A stretch of 63,324 nt of DNA, counting the filler, from Candidatus Hydrogenedentota bacterium (GTDB lineage Bacteria; JBFMHD01): assembly GCA_040752395.1 (NCBI GenBank). It is 9 parts of 9 records of this genome, joined end to end, with 100 filler letters (N's around TTAATTAATTAA, not from the genome) between each part and the next. Parts side by side here need not be neighbours in the genome. Positions count along the whole stretch, not along the records: positions 58,186 to 63,324 come from JBFMHD010000199.1; 8 more parts are not named here. The stretch is one strand, 5' to 3'. Both the position numbers and the translations under genes were made by a program. The notes under the pieces are model-generated. The model did no database searches. It was not told the origin of the DNA and was given only the letters and a program-made list of their open reading frames with translations. Positions 63,007-63,324 of this stretch are shown here, piece after piece. The stretch's first letter is position 1; the number at the start of each line of letters is the position of its first letter.

Positions 63007-63324
63007 CTTCTTAATAATCCTCTGGCATTCTTCTCTATTATATTGCATTCACTTTTATCAAATCCAGCCCCTATTAATACCTTTCTATACATCTCTTCGG
63101 TTAATAGATCATCAGCTGAATGAGCATCCGAAGAACAAATAACAGGGAAATTATATTTTTGAAAGTATTTGTATAAATATCCATTGAAAAGAGAATGTCC
63201 TTTTCGTGCTGTAATCTCAAGATAAACATTATTATCAATAGTCATCTTTATTTCTTCTAAAGTAATATGACCTGGATGTGCGAGAATATCAGCGCCAGCG
63301 ATTATTGCCTCTTTATTAGTGCCT
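62988..63324 (-). CDS. PHP-domain (histidinol-phosphatase-like) protein, 5' partial
   Basis: ILAHPG, LEITARKGH, SDAH. Confidence 0.8.
   Translation of the reverse strand, partial: GTNKEAIIAGADILAHPGHITLEEIKMTIDNNVYLEITARKGHSLFNGYLYKYFQKYNFPVICSSDAHSADDLLTEEMYRKVLIGAGFDKSECNIIEKNARGLLRRCLRRI

Overview
This is not one continuous locus. It is nine contigs of an AT-rich bacterial draft genome joined by eight artificial 100-nt linkers (N-run, TTAATTAATTAA, N-run), so adjacency across linkers is meaningless and ORFs running into Ns are partial. The organism is a diderm (lpxC-fabZ fusion, lpxA, lpxI) with fatty-acid synthesis genes, type IV pilus genes, two pieces of the S10/spc ribosomal operon, ffh, secG, purB, dut, rph-rdgB, rpe and tRNA-Phe. 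Points of interest: (1) a modular, high-copy intergenic element built from 7/8-mer arrays that begins with GGAG, ends with TTTTTCAGAGGAG, supplies the Shine-Dalgarno of lpxC, rpsC, rplO and ffh, and marks breaks in normally conserved operons; (2) a 55-aa bacterial histone-fold gene missed by the ORF track, preceded in the same frame by a separately translated 21-aa Lys-rich tail-like peptide; (3) a compact RiPP cluster with an RRE, a radical SAM/SPASM enzyme, a Cys-rich precursor with a lasso-type leader, an antisense B2-like protease and a membrane sulfatase, with no lasso cyclase on the contig; (4) GTAG-type REPs, including a REP-like palindrome inside the rdgB coding sequence, a probable group II intron 5' end, and a probable ATT start codon for lpxC. 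All family calls come from motif recognition by eye; no searches were run.
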